Assembly: GCF_009834535.1 (NCBI RefSeq)
Contig: NC_045697.1
Coordinates: 94,118,001-94,182,000, forward strand
DNA length: 64,000 nt
Reading direction: 5' to 3'
From: Camelus ferus
Taxonomy: Eukaryota
Part shown: one piece after another, positions 13,440-27,800 of the stretch
Layout: every line of letters begins with the position of its first letter
How positions within the stretch are numbered: position 1 is the stretch's first letter
Translations under genes and position numbers: made by a program
The notes under the pieces: model-generated
Database searches by the model: none
The model's input: only the letters and a program-made list of their open reading frames with translations
Told to the model about the DNA's origin: nothing

Positions 13440-14290
13440 CTGAAGAAATTTTTTTCTGATTTTCCTAGGTCTTTAACTATAACTTCTCCATATCATTTTT
13501 TTATCCTCTCTTACTCAGTGTTGGGTTTCCCCAAAGTCCCCTTCTGGGTCTTCTTTTTATCTCACTCTGCATGCTCTGTCTAAAAGGTTTCTGTCCACCT
13601 TCATATTTTTAACTAATATCTACATTTTTGTATCTTCTGGCCTGACAGTTTATCTTAGTCTCAATCCAGGATTAACTACTGCCTGGTGATGATAATTACA
13701 TATATTACCCTACCATTCTACAGGCACTCTATAATCAAGATGAATAAAACCAATTTTACTGTTATACCAAAAGTTTTCTTCCTTTTGAAACACTTACATA
13801 AAATTATTAACTTTTTCTTATAATTTATCACTACAACATAGATTCTAGACCCAAATCTCTTTAGTATGTCTGTCCTCTTCCATTCCAATGAATTTAACCT
13901 GACAGAAGCTTCCTTCACTTTTTCACGTAACTCACTGCAACAATTTCTTTTTACTGGTCATCAAACCTCATCTCTCTCCCTTCTAATACACAAGGCATCA
14001 AACTTACCTTTCCAAAGTGCATAGCTATCATATTGTTTGCTTTACTAATTTAATTGGAGACCCCTCGTGTTATAGCAGGTGAAGTCTAAACTCCCTCCAA
14101 TGTTAAAATGCCCTTTTCAGCCTCATTTGTGCTACTTCTCACCAGACCCTCTGGTCTACTCAGAAATAACCACTTGCCATCTCTTCGTGTTTCCTTGTCT
14201 TACTCCGTATTTATTTATCTTGTCAGATATGTTTCCTCCACATGCACTTTGAAAACTCCTCCTCTGCCTCCTGTATTTGGGCAGTTACCA
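13440..14290 (+). mobile_element. L2 LINE fragment, highly diverged
   Basis: gtgttgggtttccccaaagtccccttctgggtcttctttttatctcactctgcatgctct and later ctcactgcaacaatttctttttactggtc resemble the L2 ORF2/3' region. Confidence 0.6.
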
Positions 14291-14319
14291 CCTTTCTGTG
14301 TTGTCTCCCTGACAGGTTT

Positions 14320-14560
14320 AAGGGTACAAAAGGAACAAGGTGTGCAAAAGGATGAAGTCCCTGCCCTCACAGAGACAGCATTCCATCCAGAACTGAAAAC
14401 AGACAATAAACAATGAAGGAATAAAAAAATGAGAAAAATCACATGCTTGGAAATAAATTAAAAAGGTGGTGGCACTTGAATATAACTGGTGGGGTAAGGA
14501 ATTTTAGAGAACAAGTCTTATGTTTGAGCCAGAACTTGCGCTGGAGCTTTGAACCAGTCA
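14320..14560 (-). mobile_element. L2 3' end fragment
   Basis: gggtacaaaaggaacaag...agtccctgccctcacagagacagcattcca...agacaataaacaa is the typical antisense L2 3' motif. Confidence 0.55.
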
Positions 14561-14569
14561 GTAATGGCA

Positions 14570-15020
14570 TGTATGTATAGTTTTTTTCTCATTTGAGAAT
14601 TCCAGAGCTAGGCTGTTGCTACAATGGTTTAGTTATTCAGCGATGAAACCAGTGATTACGTATCCCTCGCTTCTTGGATTTCTCCTTTAAGCTTGTTGCC
14701 TCACCTAATGGCGTCTGCATTTCCATTCATCCCACCTCTGCTCAAAGCAGAAAGAGGTAAAGAACACTTACCTCTGTTGTCTGTTTTTAGGGAAGCAACA
14801 GATTTCCCAGAAAATAAAAGCGTCCAACAAATTTTTGCTCACGTTGTATTGTCAGCAAATGGGAAATACGTATGCACTAGTAGCAAAGGGGTTTAAGAAA
14901 CTGTAGACTATTATTGTTACATTTGGCTTGGGATAGATACGATCTCTTCCTCTATACAAAATTTTAAGCAAAAAGACAAGAGGTAGGCACACTGAATTGG
15001 CAGCTGTTAGTGAATGCCAA
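14570..15020 (-). mobile_element. MLT1 (ERVL-MaLR) LTR, MLT1J/K-like, diverged
   Basis: gcttgttgcctcacctaatggcgtctgcatttcca, tttcccagaa...tttttgctcacgttgtattgtcag and terminal gaattggcagctgttagtgaatgccaaa resemble old MLT1 LTRs. Confidence 0.45.
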
Positions 15021-17899
15021 AGACTTTAAGGTTGAGAAATAGCATCCCAGGCCGACAGAACCTCCAGTGGGAAAGCCTTTCGTGTATCTGAGGAATAAAG
15101 ATAGGATCCTGTGGCCTGATAGACAGATGAGGTATGGTAGGTGATGGACTGAGAGAAACAAAGTCTAGCTAATAATGTCTGTCTTTTGCTTAGGATCCTC
15201 ATTACTCAAGTTGAGGACTACTTTTTATGCATTTCTTTATTCTAACCACCTTGCAGAGTTCCAAGCTAATAGTAAACTTCTTTTTTATAATGAGTGAATT
15301 TAGGATAACACCTTATATAAATGTATCGAAGAGCTCTGTGAGTTCCTTTTTTATAAATAGTTTTAAGCTGTATTCACAGGAACATATGTTAATAGGTCAA
15401 AGTCTCATGACTGGTAATCTTCACTTTTAGCATAGATTTCTCTAAGGTTAACCTATTACGTGAAAATACAGAGACCTGCTTTTTAATTGTCAATTGCCTC
15501 AATTTCATAATCCCTCCTTATATATGTTGTTTAGTTTTATTTTATTTTTTGGCAAAAGAAGTCATATAAAAATATATTGGTATATTGTTCTCAATTATCT
15601 AAATAATTTCATAAGTTTTGTTTATTTTTAACTGTGGAGCTGTGATCATATTTAATATTTCACAGCTGTATGAAATATTACAAGTAACTTTGTTCAACAG
15701 TGTTTGACTAAGAAATTATAAACTCTGATTTTTAAAATTGGGCACTGAAATTTGATTAAATAGTCCATTTAACCAAATGTTACATTGAATATATGATGCA
15801 TTGGCCCTATTTTAGGTGGGGTGCAAATTTATCATATGACCTGAAATAAAATGATTGACCCTATTATTTTCAAAAGAAATATGCTAAATTGCAACTAGTG
15901 TTACACCTCACATCAAATAGTGCATAATTTTTCTTTGTAATTGTTTTTTAAAAATTCTTCTTAAATACAAAGCACAAGGTCCAATGAGGAAAACACTAGC
16001 AGTAATTTTTCTTATAATAAAAGCTCTTTGTGTAAAAGTTGGTAATATGCTACAGTTGATTCATACTCAGTAACATACTACGTGTTATAACATTCAGAAA
16101 GGACTTTGTGCTTTATTTTTAATAAGATCTACAAAAACCACTAAACAGTTTCCAATTTCTGTTTCACTTCATTAAGAAAAAAGTATATATGTGTTTTTTG
16201 GTTAATTTTTTCCACATAAATTGTCTTCGGTAAATTTGTGTGTAATTAATAATAAATGTTTATAAAGCATGGAGTTATTTCAAGGTTCCCATGTACCTTA
16301 AACTGAATTATTTTGAAAGTCTAATTTTGGTTTCTTATGTTTCCCATCTGGTCTTCTTACATTATCATTCTATGATCTGTTTCCAAAATATTGCTGGGAA
16401 ATGGAGTGTTGATTTCTTCTTTACTAAAATATATTTTCATTATTTTTGAAGTAATGAAAACATTTCTATTTTTGTTGAGTGAGATGACAACACCTTTTTC
16501 CATTATTTTATTTTTAGCTGGCTAAGTTTAAACTTGACTGCGTGCCTTTTAAAATTCAAAGTGAAATAATCAGACCATTTTACTTCCATTTGCCATCAGC
16601 TGAAAGATTAGTTACTTCAACTAGAGGACAATATAATCAATAATGGCTAAATTTATGCCCAAGATGACCATCCTTGAAGATACCCTTTTCCTTCTTGGAA
16701 GCATAGTAAAGTCCATCATAAATTTGGCCAGGAAAAAGACCCTAGGTTCCTTTTAAGTATCTATCACTCTCCTACAGTCCATTTTTATGGAAGGGAGGTA
16801 AAGCAATAAATCACAAACCATTAGTCATGAAAGGTCAATCATATCTTCCTAAAATATTCTATTCTATCACTTAAGGTTTAGTTTTTACATACAGCCAAGG
16901 AGGCTATTTTTGGCCATTTTCATACTAATGAGATCACTCAAAAGATTGCATCATAAAACTTGGAATTAACAGGATAATTTAGATTATATTATTTTCCTAG
17001 GTTAAGAAAGTAATTCAGTAGACTTATACTTCCTTTTGTTACTGAACTATAGTTTTAATCTTCATATGCTCCCAGAGTATACAAGTTACAGTACCCTATA
17101 AATATTAAATAATTATTCTAATGTTTATAATACTTCCAATTCAGAAGCAATTGGAGACAAAAAGCAAAATTTTACTATGTTTACCGTACTCATTCTAGAA
17201 ATATGAAACTGCATCAACAATTGAAATTTAGGGGAAATACAAAAGTGACATAGTATTACTCTCTTATAACTGGAAGCAAAACCTGTTTAGTCTCCATAAA
17301 AAGCTACAGTCAGGTAGTCTGCAAACAAAATTATGTATATTTATTATTCTGACTATAAAACCTCCAAAAATACTTCAGTAAGGCATTATTTTCCTCAATT
17401 AAATGCTGACATTCCCTTAGGTACCATAATGTGTGTCTTTATAACTTCCCCCTACCCATTTCCATTTCGAACAAATTCAAATATGTATTTCTCTTCATTC
17501 ATCACAAACTTGTTCTATTCTTTCAAATTAGAGTACAGCATTTCCCAGTAAATGCCATTCTGGTCTTAACTTCTTAACTCCCAGTGGTGGGTTCCGGAGA
17601 AGGCGCTGCTTCTAAGAGTCCTTCATGTAAGTAAGGGCTGCTTGAAGAACCGCATTAAATCCTCTTCTCTATAGACCGAAGATCTCTGTTTTCTTTAATC
17701 TTCTGCTGTTGTGCCAACTTTTGAAGTATTTTAACTATCATTCAAACCTTCCCCAAAGAACTTTCTCTTGAATTACATTGTTCAGAGATCGGTGCACTCT
17801 CCTAGCAAAATTCTGACCATTGTTCATGATGGCAAGAGAATTGCTATATTCGTTTCCTTCATCTCGCATCTCTATGTCAAAATATAGTCAAGTGTTATG

Positions 17900-18796
17900 A
17901 TTTTTAATTTACAGTTGTGTCCTCTGGCACTATTATTTCTTCTCTCCTCAAAGTACTCTCCTCTCTTGGCTTTCGTGACCCTGCACCCCATTACTTGCAT
18001 ATGCGTATCTCTGTCTATGACCACTCAGTTTCACACACATGCTCTTTCTCCTCTGCCTGTACACTCTCTTTTCTTGGGCTCTGCCTCTGGTGTTTGTCTC
18101 TCTTTACTCTTCTTGGCTTTTCATATTCACATTTATAACAAACTATTGTTGCTATTACTGTGCTTTATGGGTTAAATGTCAGCCTTTCTCCAGATCTGCC
18201 CATCCTACCAGACATTCCCAGGTGGATGTCCCCATCTCTCTTCCATCTTTCTCTCAGCACCTGTCTCCAAATGCCAAAGTCTGAAACTTGGAAGCCTCTC
18301 TTTATCCCAAGTGCCACTGTCTTAGTTCAGGGAGTTCACGTAAGATTATTCAAATAGCTTCCTTATCCTTTCCTCTGTTTCTGGTTTCCCACCCTCTTCT
18401 CTTCCCCTTGCTGCTGACCTTTTCAGTTTATTTTCAAATATTGCCACAATATTTTATACAATGTGCCAATTAGATAGTGTGCTGTTCCCCTTGCTTGGAC
18501 TACCTTCCTTACTCTCTGTTCCTAGTTTCATGTAAAATAATACAAACCATTTTCTAACTTCCAAGAAGTCTCTAGAGTATCCCATCTCGTTTCCACTAGA
18601 ATTTGTGGGATTCCTATTTTATTGAATATAAAGTGCTGGTTGTGATTTCTATAGTATGACCAGATTCCAGCACTGGACTGCAAGGCAAGTCTCCTTTCAT
18701 AGAATACTTTGAATATCTTGTGGAGTGCGCGGGCAAGGTAAAGGCTCAATGAGTATTTGTCAAAAATGAATGAATGAATAAATGAATGAATGAATG
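17900..18796 (+). mobile_element. L2 LINE fragment ending in its (TGAA)n tail
   Basis: ctctcctctcttggctttcgtgaccctgcac at the start; aaggctcaatgagtatttgtcaaaaatgaatgaatgaataaatgaatgaatgaatg is the canonical L2 3' terminus. Confidence 0.8.
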
Positions 18797-19269
18797 CAAA
18801 AAAAGTGTATGTATGTTCTTCATAGATAAAGCCTATCATGACAAATAGCTATCATAGGCAGGTATGATGGTAGAAACTTAAATTTTCCTATTCATTTCAG
18901 AGATTTTCATATTGTAGGAAAGTATTAATGCTATCTCAATTATATGAAATATTTCAATTTAAGAATCTATTTAAAGAGCTTTCTTTTCAGTATGTAAAAT
19001 GCTCAGATGTCCTGTTTATGTCATCTTTCTTCACATGGAATAAGTTTGACAGATACTTAATAATAAATGAACTAATTAGAAGATTACATGAAGAATAAAA
19101 AGCAAGAAAAAGGGAAGTAGATTCTTCATTCATGAGATTCTCTCCCATGGAAAGTGCTCAGCTCATGCTGACAACACTTTTGCCGTTCAGTAAAATTAGT
19201 TCAGTTGCTTATATGGGATTGCATTTGGTTACATACATCACATACGTTTATGTATTTCTTTGCATATAG

Positions 19270-19876
19270 CAGTGGTTCTCAAGCATTTGGTCAGTAACTC
19301 TTTAACACATTTGAAGATTATTGAGGACACCATTGAGCTTTTGTTTACATAGGTTTTATCTTTGATATTTTCCGTATTGAAAATAAAAATAAAATTTTAA
19401 ATATTTCTATGGTATTTATTATAAAAATAAAAATCATTATATGTTACCATAAATTATATGCTTTTATAAATAAAAACTGTATTTCCAAAAAGAATTGACA
19501 AGAGTGGCCTTATTTCACAACATTGTAAATCTCTTTAATGTCTAGATATTACAAGGCACATGGATTCTTATAACTGCTTCCACATTCAATCTCTTGCTAT
19601 ACGGTTCTATGATTAAACAATATGAAGTAAACAGCTGTATAATATATACAGGTATGTAGTTGGAAAAGGAGAGGTATTTTAAGTCTTTTCAGATAATGTG
19701 GATGTTTTTCTTTGATACCACACTACCACCTGACAAATTGTTTCTAAAAGTTAGTGGCAATGCAGAAGCTATGTCAAAAATATTTTTGAACTCTGTGTTA
19801 TTATGAATAGAGTTTTGACATCTTGGACCACATGAAGGTGTCTCAGGGACTCTGAACCATACTTTGAGAATCACAG
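19270..19876. mobile_element. hAT-Charlie non-autonomous DNA transposon (Charlie1-like), 607 bp
   Basis: TIRs cagtggttctcaa ... ttgagaatcacag; 8-bp TSD gcatatag (19262-19269) / gcacatag (19877-19884); internal gattattgaggacaccattgagcttttgttta is typical of Charlie1 derivatives. Confidence 0.88.
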
Positions 19877-21914
19877 GCACATAGAATCATGTAATTTGAG
19901 AGGTCTTACTATGTACAAGGCATGGTATTAGGTGCTCTGGAAGATAACAAAAAAGAAGGCCAGCCAGTTACAACTAGGAAAATGTTGCTCAGTTTAGGTG
20001 CTGAAACAATGGAGGCTGTAGAGAACCGAGTTTGACAACGTATAGAATCCACATCTTTCCTAAATCTTGGTTGGCCCTTCAAATTGCACATGATACTCCA
20101 GACATAGCACGTTAGGTGCAAGATAACATGGTTTATATAAGAGCAAAGTGTTGGAATTATAATGTGAAGGAAAATATTTTATTTCTTCATGTATTTCTTG
20201 AAAGTAGTATTAAATTAAGGAAAATAACAATTTGAAAGTCACTAATGGAAATAATAATTTTGAAATATTGTCAATTCCTGAATTTGTATTTTTTAGGTAC
20301 TTTACTTGATGGTTATGATTGCATGATATCATTTTGTACCAATGAAATAAAATTATAAGTACCTGCTCTATACTGAAAAGTATATTAGTTTCATATATCT
20401 TGGAGAAGGCTACATGAATTGTTGTGTATGTAAGTTTCAAATACCTTGGATATAAAAGATGTAGTGAACTATGTTTTTTTTTATGTATTTGTATGACTTT
20501 TGAAATATTGTCATTTTTTAACATCTTTCTTTTGTCTGCTTAGCATGTTATTCTACACCTTTCTTCTAAAAATCACCACATCTCCTTTAGAGAACTTCTC
20601 CCCAACTACCTGTGGCTCTGGTGGGATTATCATTCATTGCACCTAGACCTGGGGTGTAGGCGTTCAGTCCAAAAACCTTTTTACAATGAATTAACTTGTG
20701 ATGGTATTCTATTCTTAGCAACCTAATGAATATTGATTAAAATAGAAGGTGCTTAATAACTTTCCTTCAAATGGATATTGAATAAATTAAATAAATCCAT
20801 TTAAAAATTATCTCTGGAAATTTCTTACTTCCTCCACTGTACTGAAGTTGAGTATCCAAGAAATATTATATGGAGGAGATAATGGAAGATAATTCCACGT
20901 TCCAATTCAACCTCTGCAATATTGTAGAAAAAACTGTCTAATGTCTTTCATAAGTGGTCATCACCCGTGCCTTTTCTTTTGAAAAGCTAATCTAAACTGT
21001 CATTTTATTCAATATTTGATTTATAGCACTCCTCAAATATATTTTATGTAAAATTAAAAAATTTCAGAATAATTAATGGCAGTTGTGAGGAACAAATTTC
21101 TATCTGAGAGTTTATAGATTACTTCTGAGCACCTAAAAATATTCAATACTTTGTTAAGATTTGGCCACAAAGCTGACAATTAGTTCATTTCTTTAAAAAA
21201 AATTGATTGTACTGATAATGAGCACTTGTCTGAAGTCTGGCAACTTTAGGTTAGTACTGAAAATGGAGTTTTCTGTGTCCTACTTGTGAGTCCTGAAAGA
21301 GATTAGCAGCTCTTCTAAGAAAAATTTCTACATAATGAGCCATAAAAGACCCTGACTGCCACAGTGAGCTGGATTACATGTGGTAGTATTTTGCATAAGT
21401 AAATATGCCTCCTGAAGTATCTATATTTTTACTAGGCAGTGATCTAAATTTCCAAATAAACAGAATACTTTATGAAGCTAATATACACGCAGATCTTAGG
21501 TTTTCTGATGTAAAATGGTGTCAAGATAATTTCATTTTGAAAACCTTCTATTTGCTTAGAAAATATTCAGCGGGAAAATAAATTTTCAGTTCATTTCACT
21601 AATACTACAAGAAACAATGCACTTCCTTTATTGTATAACATTTCATGTAATCAACATTTGTATGTATTATACAACAGGGGGAAAAGTTATCTGCTAACAT
21701 TTTGATTATTACTACTATCAATCCAATTTATAGTGATTGGCACAAACTGTTCATAATTGCCATATACCAACAAAATGCTTTATGCTTTATTTTATCTCAC
21801 ACAAAGTTTGAGATTTTGAAGCGCTTTCATTTACAAACTGACTTTAATTTTCTTCAAGTCTGAACCTCCTTTTCGGATGGTACTGACTTTTTCTTACTTA
21901 TTTACAAGAAATGT

Positions 21915-22745
21915 TAGCTATTTCTATAGTTTTGTCATTTCAAGAATGTTACACAAACACATGCATATAGTATGTAGCCTTTGGGAATTGGCTTTTTTCA
22001 CCCAGAATCATTCCTTGGAGATGTACCCATATTGTTGCATGTACCAACAGTTCATTTCTCAACTACCTCTGAGTGGTACTTTGTGGTATGGAAGTCGCAC
22101 AGTTTGCTTAGCCATTCACCCACCGAAGAGCATCTGGGTTGTGTCCACTTTTTGGCAACATGAATACAGTTGCTTTAAACATTCATGTACAGGATTTTGT
22201 GTGAATCCAATTTTTTTTTTTCTGGGTTAAAATGCCCCAGAGTATAATTCTTGGGCTGTATGATAATTGCAGTTTTAGTTTTTTAAGAAACTGCTGAACT
22301 CTTTTCCAGAATGTCTATATTATTTTTTATTCTAAGCAGTTTCATTGTATCTATGCTGGCATTTGTTATTATCATATTTTAAAATTTTAGCTATTCTGAT
22401 AGATGTGTAGTGATACATCCTTGTAGTTTTAATTTCCAATTTTCTTAATGCCTAATGATGCTGAATATTTTTCATGCACTTATTTGGCATCCATATATCT
22501 TCTTCAGTGAAATTTCTTACGTCTTCTGCCCGTTTTAACGGATTTTTTGGTTTTTACTGTTGAGTTTTGAGAATCCTTTGTATAGTCTAGATACAAGTCT
22601 TTTGTCAGATATGTGGTTTGCAAATATTTTCTTCTAATCTTTAACTTACTTTTTTTTCCAGTTTCTTTAAGGTCAAATTTAGAAATTTTTGCCTTTATGG
22701 CTAGTGTTTTTTTGTGTTAAGTTTAAGAACTCTTTGTTTATAGCT
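21915..22745 (-). mobile_element. old L1 (L1MB/L1MC-like) 3' fragment
   Basis: tatagttttgtcatttcaagaatgttac, gccattcacccaccgaagagcatctgggttgtgtccactttttggca and agatacaagtcttttgtcagatatgtggtttgcaaatattttc are antisense L1 ORF2/3'UTR hallmarks. Confidence 0.9.
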
Positions 22746-22816
22746 GTAAATCCTGAAGAGATATATATGTATATAATATACTATATTAATGTATATGCAT
22801 ATATGTATATATACAT

Positions 22817-22922
<106 letters not shown>

Positions 22923-24074
22923 GGTTATTAGCTTGTTCTTGGCCAAAAGAACTAAAGAATATCTGGATTGCTGTATTTTCACAAGAAATTATGAATTTCT
23001 CATGTATGTGTATCTGGAGTTGGCAAAAAAGATCCAGCTAAAAGGTTAGCACTGGCCCTGGAGTTAGAGCAGGAAAGCAGTGCAACAGACAGAGATGGGT
23101 TTGTGCTCGGCCTCGGGGCCATGATGCTGCTGCACACCTACCCACGTAAGTCAATTAATCGTACTTTCCCACAGGAAAAGGGAGGGAAGCAGATCCTTCC
23201 ATTCACAAAGAAGTGTGGGATACTTAGATTTGCTTAAATATAATCCCTGCCCCTTCCTGAGTAGTACAAGTACTTTATCACAGTAGAAGAGACAGGTGTA
23301 CAAAATATAAGAAATATTCTAGAAAGTTAAATAATGACAGAACTGGCGAAGTGGTAGTGTAAAAATATTGAATCAAAGGTGAGGTGTATTGCAGGAAAGA
23401 ACTTCAAGCACGCCTGAAGCTTGTTTCTTCTCCTCCGGTTAAACTGCCTTCATTTCCAAGTGAATGAAGTTAGACACGCACAGAATGTGCTGGAGTTTTT
23501 AAGAGCTTAGGAACGTTATCTAAATACAATGTACTGATCTGTCCTCTGCTCTGTCTATATAGCTTCTCTTGAACAGAAATTTCTTTAAAAGGCTTTATAT
23601 TAAGATAACTTCTAACTTTTCATTGTTTTTGTTGATTTTCTACAATCAAGTGCTATCATTCCTATCAAGAAAGTTATACAAAATGGCATTGTAAATAGTG
23701 ACTGGTTTTGCAAAGGGGGATAGTACTTTAGATTGGAGTGTAAATGAAAAGTTTCTCACAGGGAGTGTCATTGGAGCTAAACTCAATACTCATTCAGTAC
23801 GCAAAAATCAAGTGGAAAATTCCAGGGAGATTAAAGTATAAGGAGAAAGAAACTGGGGTTGGCAGAAAAGAAAGAAGGTCAGTGTGGATGAAGTGGAATG
23901 TAGGAAAGGGGGCAGGTAGGAGAAGAGGGAAGGAAGAGACCAGATCATGGAACAAACTTTAAACCATAATAAGAAATTTGCATTTGATTTGCTAGGCTTT
24001 GGGTTGTATGTAGCAGCGTGGAATCATCCAGGTGGCTGTGTAGAAAGCATCACAGGGATGTGTGGTAGGAATTG

Positions 24075-24225
24075 ACACTGGCTCTCTCTAGACCGAGTTA
24101 CATCTTCTGCCTATTTGCTAGGGTTGGAAAGCTAAATTTTTTTTTTATAGACTCCTCTTTAAGTGAGGCTCTGGATACAAAGAAGATTCTGTCCATTAGA
24201 TACTACATGGAAGGAGGAAGCGAAC
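24075..24225 (+). mobile_element. ERVL LTR fragment (LTR33-like)
   Basis: gggttggaaagctaaatttt...agactcctctttaagtgaggctctggatacaaagaagattctgtccattagatac resembles the LTR33 5' part. Confidence 0.4.
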
Positions 24226-24680
24226 TGGATACTAACTCCTGGGGCTCCTGTATTTGGCAGATCCAACAAAGTTGTGGAAATTTTGATGAAGCTCTAACCC
24301 GAGGCCTCCTGAGTTTCAAGAGAAATAGCAGAAGAGAAAACCTCTTGATCTGATACTGAATCCCTGAATTTGGGGGAGGAGAGTGGAATCAGGGACATCA
24401 GTGTTAGGATTCCGTTACAGGAATCTAGAATTTTGAGGATGGCTGAATTACAACATTAGTTGTGGAAATGTTGACAGGTGATCATGTATGGGAAGCATTT
24501 AGAAGGCAGAGGTGTATGGTGGCCAGGGTGGGGGGAACGCTCTGTTTAAGGGCTTCCAATTGGTCATTTTCACTATAATAGCTCCGACTCTACAGGTCAG
24601 GGAACCAAGAGAGTATTTGGTCAACAGCTAAGTATATGCATTCTCATTATGTATTAAGGAACTAAGAAATGATCAGTACC

Positions 24681-24862
24681 TGTAGGTAATCATCAAGAAC
24701 TGTGAAGAGTCTGATTTTGCCTGATTTTCAAGCTAATAAGGTAGCCTGCCACGATTTCATGGTTGCTGACAGATCTGAGACAAAAGACAGTCAATTACTG
24801 ACAGCAATAGCTGTTTGCATCGGTTCCTCCAGCCCTGATTACCACAGGGTAATGTGATGATG
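24681..24862. mobile_element. old ERVL-class LTR fragment (family uncertain)
   Basis: ctgtgaagagtctgattttgcctgattttcaagctaataaggtagcctgccacgatttcatggttgctgacaga...gagacaaaagac matches a familiar eutherian LTR motif. Confidence 0.6.
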
Positions 24863-27800
24863 CCTCAGTTTCCCTCATTGAATTGGAAGACTGAGTGATT
24901 ATACTATTTTAAAAGCATAGATCTGATAGGTAAAATCTCACTTAAAACAATCTTGTTAGAATGCTAACATAGCTATAATTGTAAATGATATTCATATGGT
25001 CATGTATCTAAGCTGTGTGTTGGAATGAATGAACTTTTCTGTTTTGAATGCCCATATATGTTGTGTGGATTTAAATAACTTTCGTTTGTTTTTCTCTTAC
25101 TCCTACAACGCTGATCACGACTCTGAACACTCTTTTCAAGTCAACACGAACTTTTATACAACCAATTTTGTGAACGCTGACTCTTTCAGCTCATTTTCGG
25201 GAAAAGTAAGAGGTGTAGATGATGCATAGCTGTGAAAATCAAGTAGTATTTCTTACTGACTTTCAGACTGTTTCATGTAATGTTCTAATTGAGTTTCTCA
25301 AATTAAAAATAACTTTGTAAGAAATGCAATTTACATTGTAGCCTAATATCTATAAATGCATACGCAGGGACACAGAAATAAACAAGACCAAAAAACAAGT
25401 TTCATAAAGCACTTCTCGGCTCTACTGCATGTGATTTATACGTCTGGTATTTATGGGCGCATTTTCTGTTTTATAACCTTGCGTGTTGAGTAAAAACTAA
25501 ATAATGTATGTCAAATCCACAGTTTGAAAAACATGAATTTAATAAATGCCAAAAAAGGAGAACACTTTTAAGCAAGATGGGTTTATAAATTGCATTTGCG
25601 CTTTTATAATCAACTATAATTGTTCAGCCAAAGGGTGGACAAATTGCTATTTCTTTGGAAGAAAGACCTTTCCTCATAAAGCATATCATTGCCCTTCTGA
25701 GTAGAATGGCATTTGGGCCTTAATTAATGGTCACGGGTAACTCTAACACGTATCAGTGGGATTTAGTGAGATTCATTTTTAAACAATAAACAACAAGGAT
25801 TCGACAAAAATATTTCTTTTTCCATCAGAACAATGACAATAACAAAAAATATACTTTGGATCAATTTGTAGAACATAAAGGCAAATTCCGTGTCATTATT
25901 TTAAAATCCTATCCTTGTCTGCAAATAGGAGCCCTTTTAACCTACTGTAGCCACCTTATTTGGCCCATTCAACTTTTAATGCCTTTCGATCACATTAAAA
26001 TATCCAGTTGTACCTCCAAAGATAAAATTTTGTATTAAGTTACATTTATATTAAGAGTGGTTCCCAAGTGAGTTAGAAAAAAAATAGTTTTGAAAATGTT
26101 TAAATCAATTTCATTATTATTAACATAAGTATATTATCTTTCAAAGCATCTATGAGCCATTATATTGGCTTAAATAGCACATGCTGATGTACCCCACACT
26201 CAGTATACACAAACACACATCATGAGAAACGATTCTTCTGGTGACTTTCTCTTTGCCTTCTTTCCCTAGCAAGTAGATCTGTGGCTGGCATATACTATGT
26301 ACTCAATCAATAGTTTTAATTAACTGAATAGCACTATAATAGTCTTATATAATCATATTTTCATAAATTATGATATACATTAAATGTTATATTGACTGAG
26401 AGGAAATAGCCTTGCAAGAAAGTAAAAACTTCAAGAAAGAAACAGTGCTATTTTAATGAGTTATTGATGAATTGCTCCAGGAAGGCAGAAAAGCATTTAT
26501 ATACTGGAGCTAGTTTAAAGACAGGTGACCTTTTAAGAGATTAGTTAACCTTTCAGAAATTTTGGAGAGTTACTGTTTTGAAAGATAAAGGTCAGGGCAG
26601 AACTCAGAATGCAGTCATTGTCTCCTCTGTTTGTTGCTATGCCTCTTAATTTCCAATAAATTAATTCAAACGGAGAGACTGTTCAGAAGTAGATTTGTTT
26701 TTAAGATGAACGAACAGTATTGGTTTCAAGTATTTTGCAGGTACTAGATAGGAATAATCAAAACATGAAAACTCAAACTCCTAACTTATCTGTGAATTTC
26801 ACCTCTCATTTTGTGCTACGGTTACAAAGACTAAACGCTTTTGATTAAAGAAAAAAGCATGATGCTTCTGGTTATTGTTTCTCTTTAAGAAAAATTCATT
26901 TCATCTTTGGTTTCACCCCCCCAAAATCTTTTTTTTTCTCTCAGACTTAGTCATTCTAATTCTTTCCCTATAAGACCCTGCAGTCATAAACCCAGTGTTT
27001 ACATATTTCCTTAGATGTGTTAACACCAAAAGGAAAATTGGGCTGAGTGTTTAGAAAACAGTAGTATGAAATAGCATTTCTGTGCCAAGCTTTCAAATAC
27101 TTGAAATGCTTTAGGAAATAACTGAAACATATTTTAACATTTATAGATGTTGGTCAGGTTGTGATAAGCAAAGGATCATTAACCTGACCTACACGCTCTC
27201 TTTCTTCTTTGTAGTTCCCTATATTCATATTTTAAAATGCGTACAATAGGCAGCTTGACCTATTCATTTCAAAAGAAACCACCCTCTAGTTTGGAAATAA
27301 AGAAAATGTGTTTTTCTGCTAGATTTGATGATATTTACAAAGAGGTCAAGCCAATTTTATATTACCTGAACATATAACTTAGTTTCTGATGTTTTATTCA
27401 TATTCGACTGTGAAACAAATATACATAACACAGTGCCCAGACTTAAGAAAGCACACAAAAATCAAAGGGCAAACATCATATTGTAACAACTATAGTCCTA
27501 TTTGAATAAGCCAGCACTATTTTGGAGATAGCAATAAGCGCACTGATAGAATTTTCACCTACTCACAAATCTGTCCATATTTTTACAATAAACTTCAGTT
27601 TATATGATTATTATTCACTAGTTCTCACCATTTCAGCTTCAGTGTAGTCCTAAAAATTAAAGAAATCTTGATTAATGTTTGAATTGTTTGGACAGTCATT
27701 AAACAAGCACAGAGAGGAAAGGAGAAGGAAATTGAAAGTTAGGTGAATAATATTTTTAATAAGAGTTTTTTCAGTGTAATTCAGTATTGACTTTATTATT

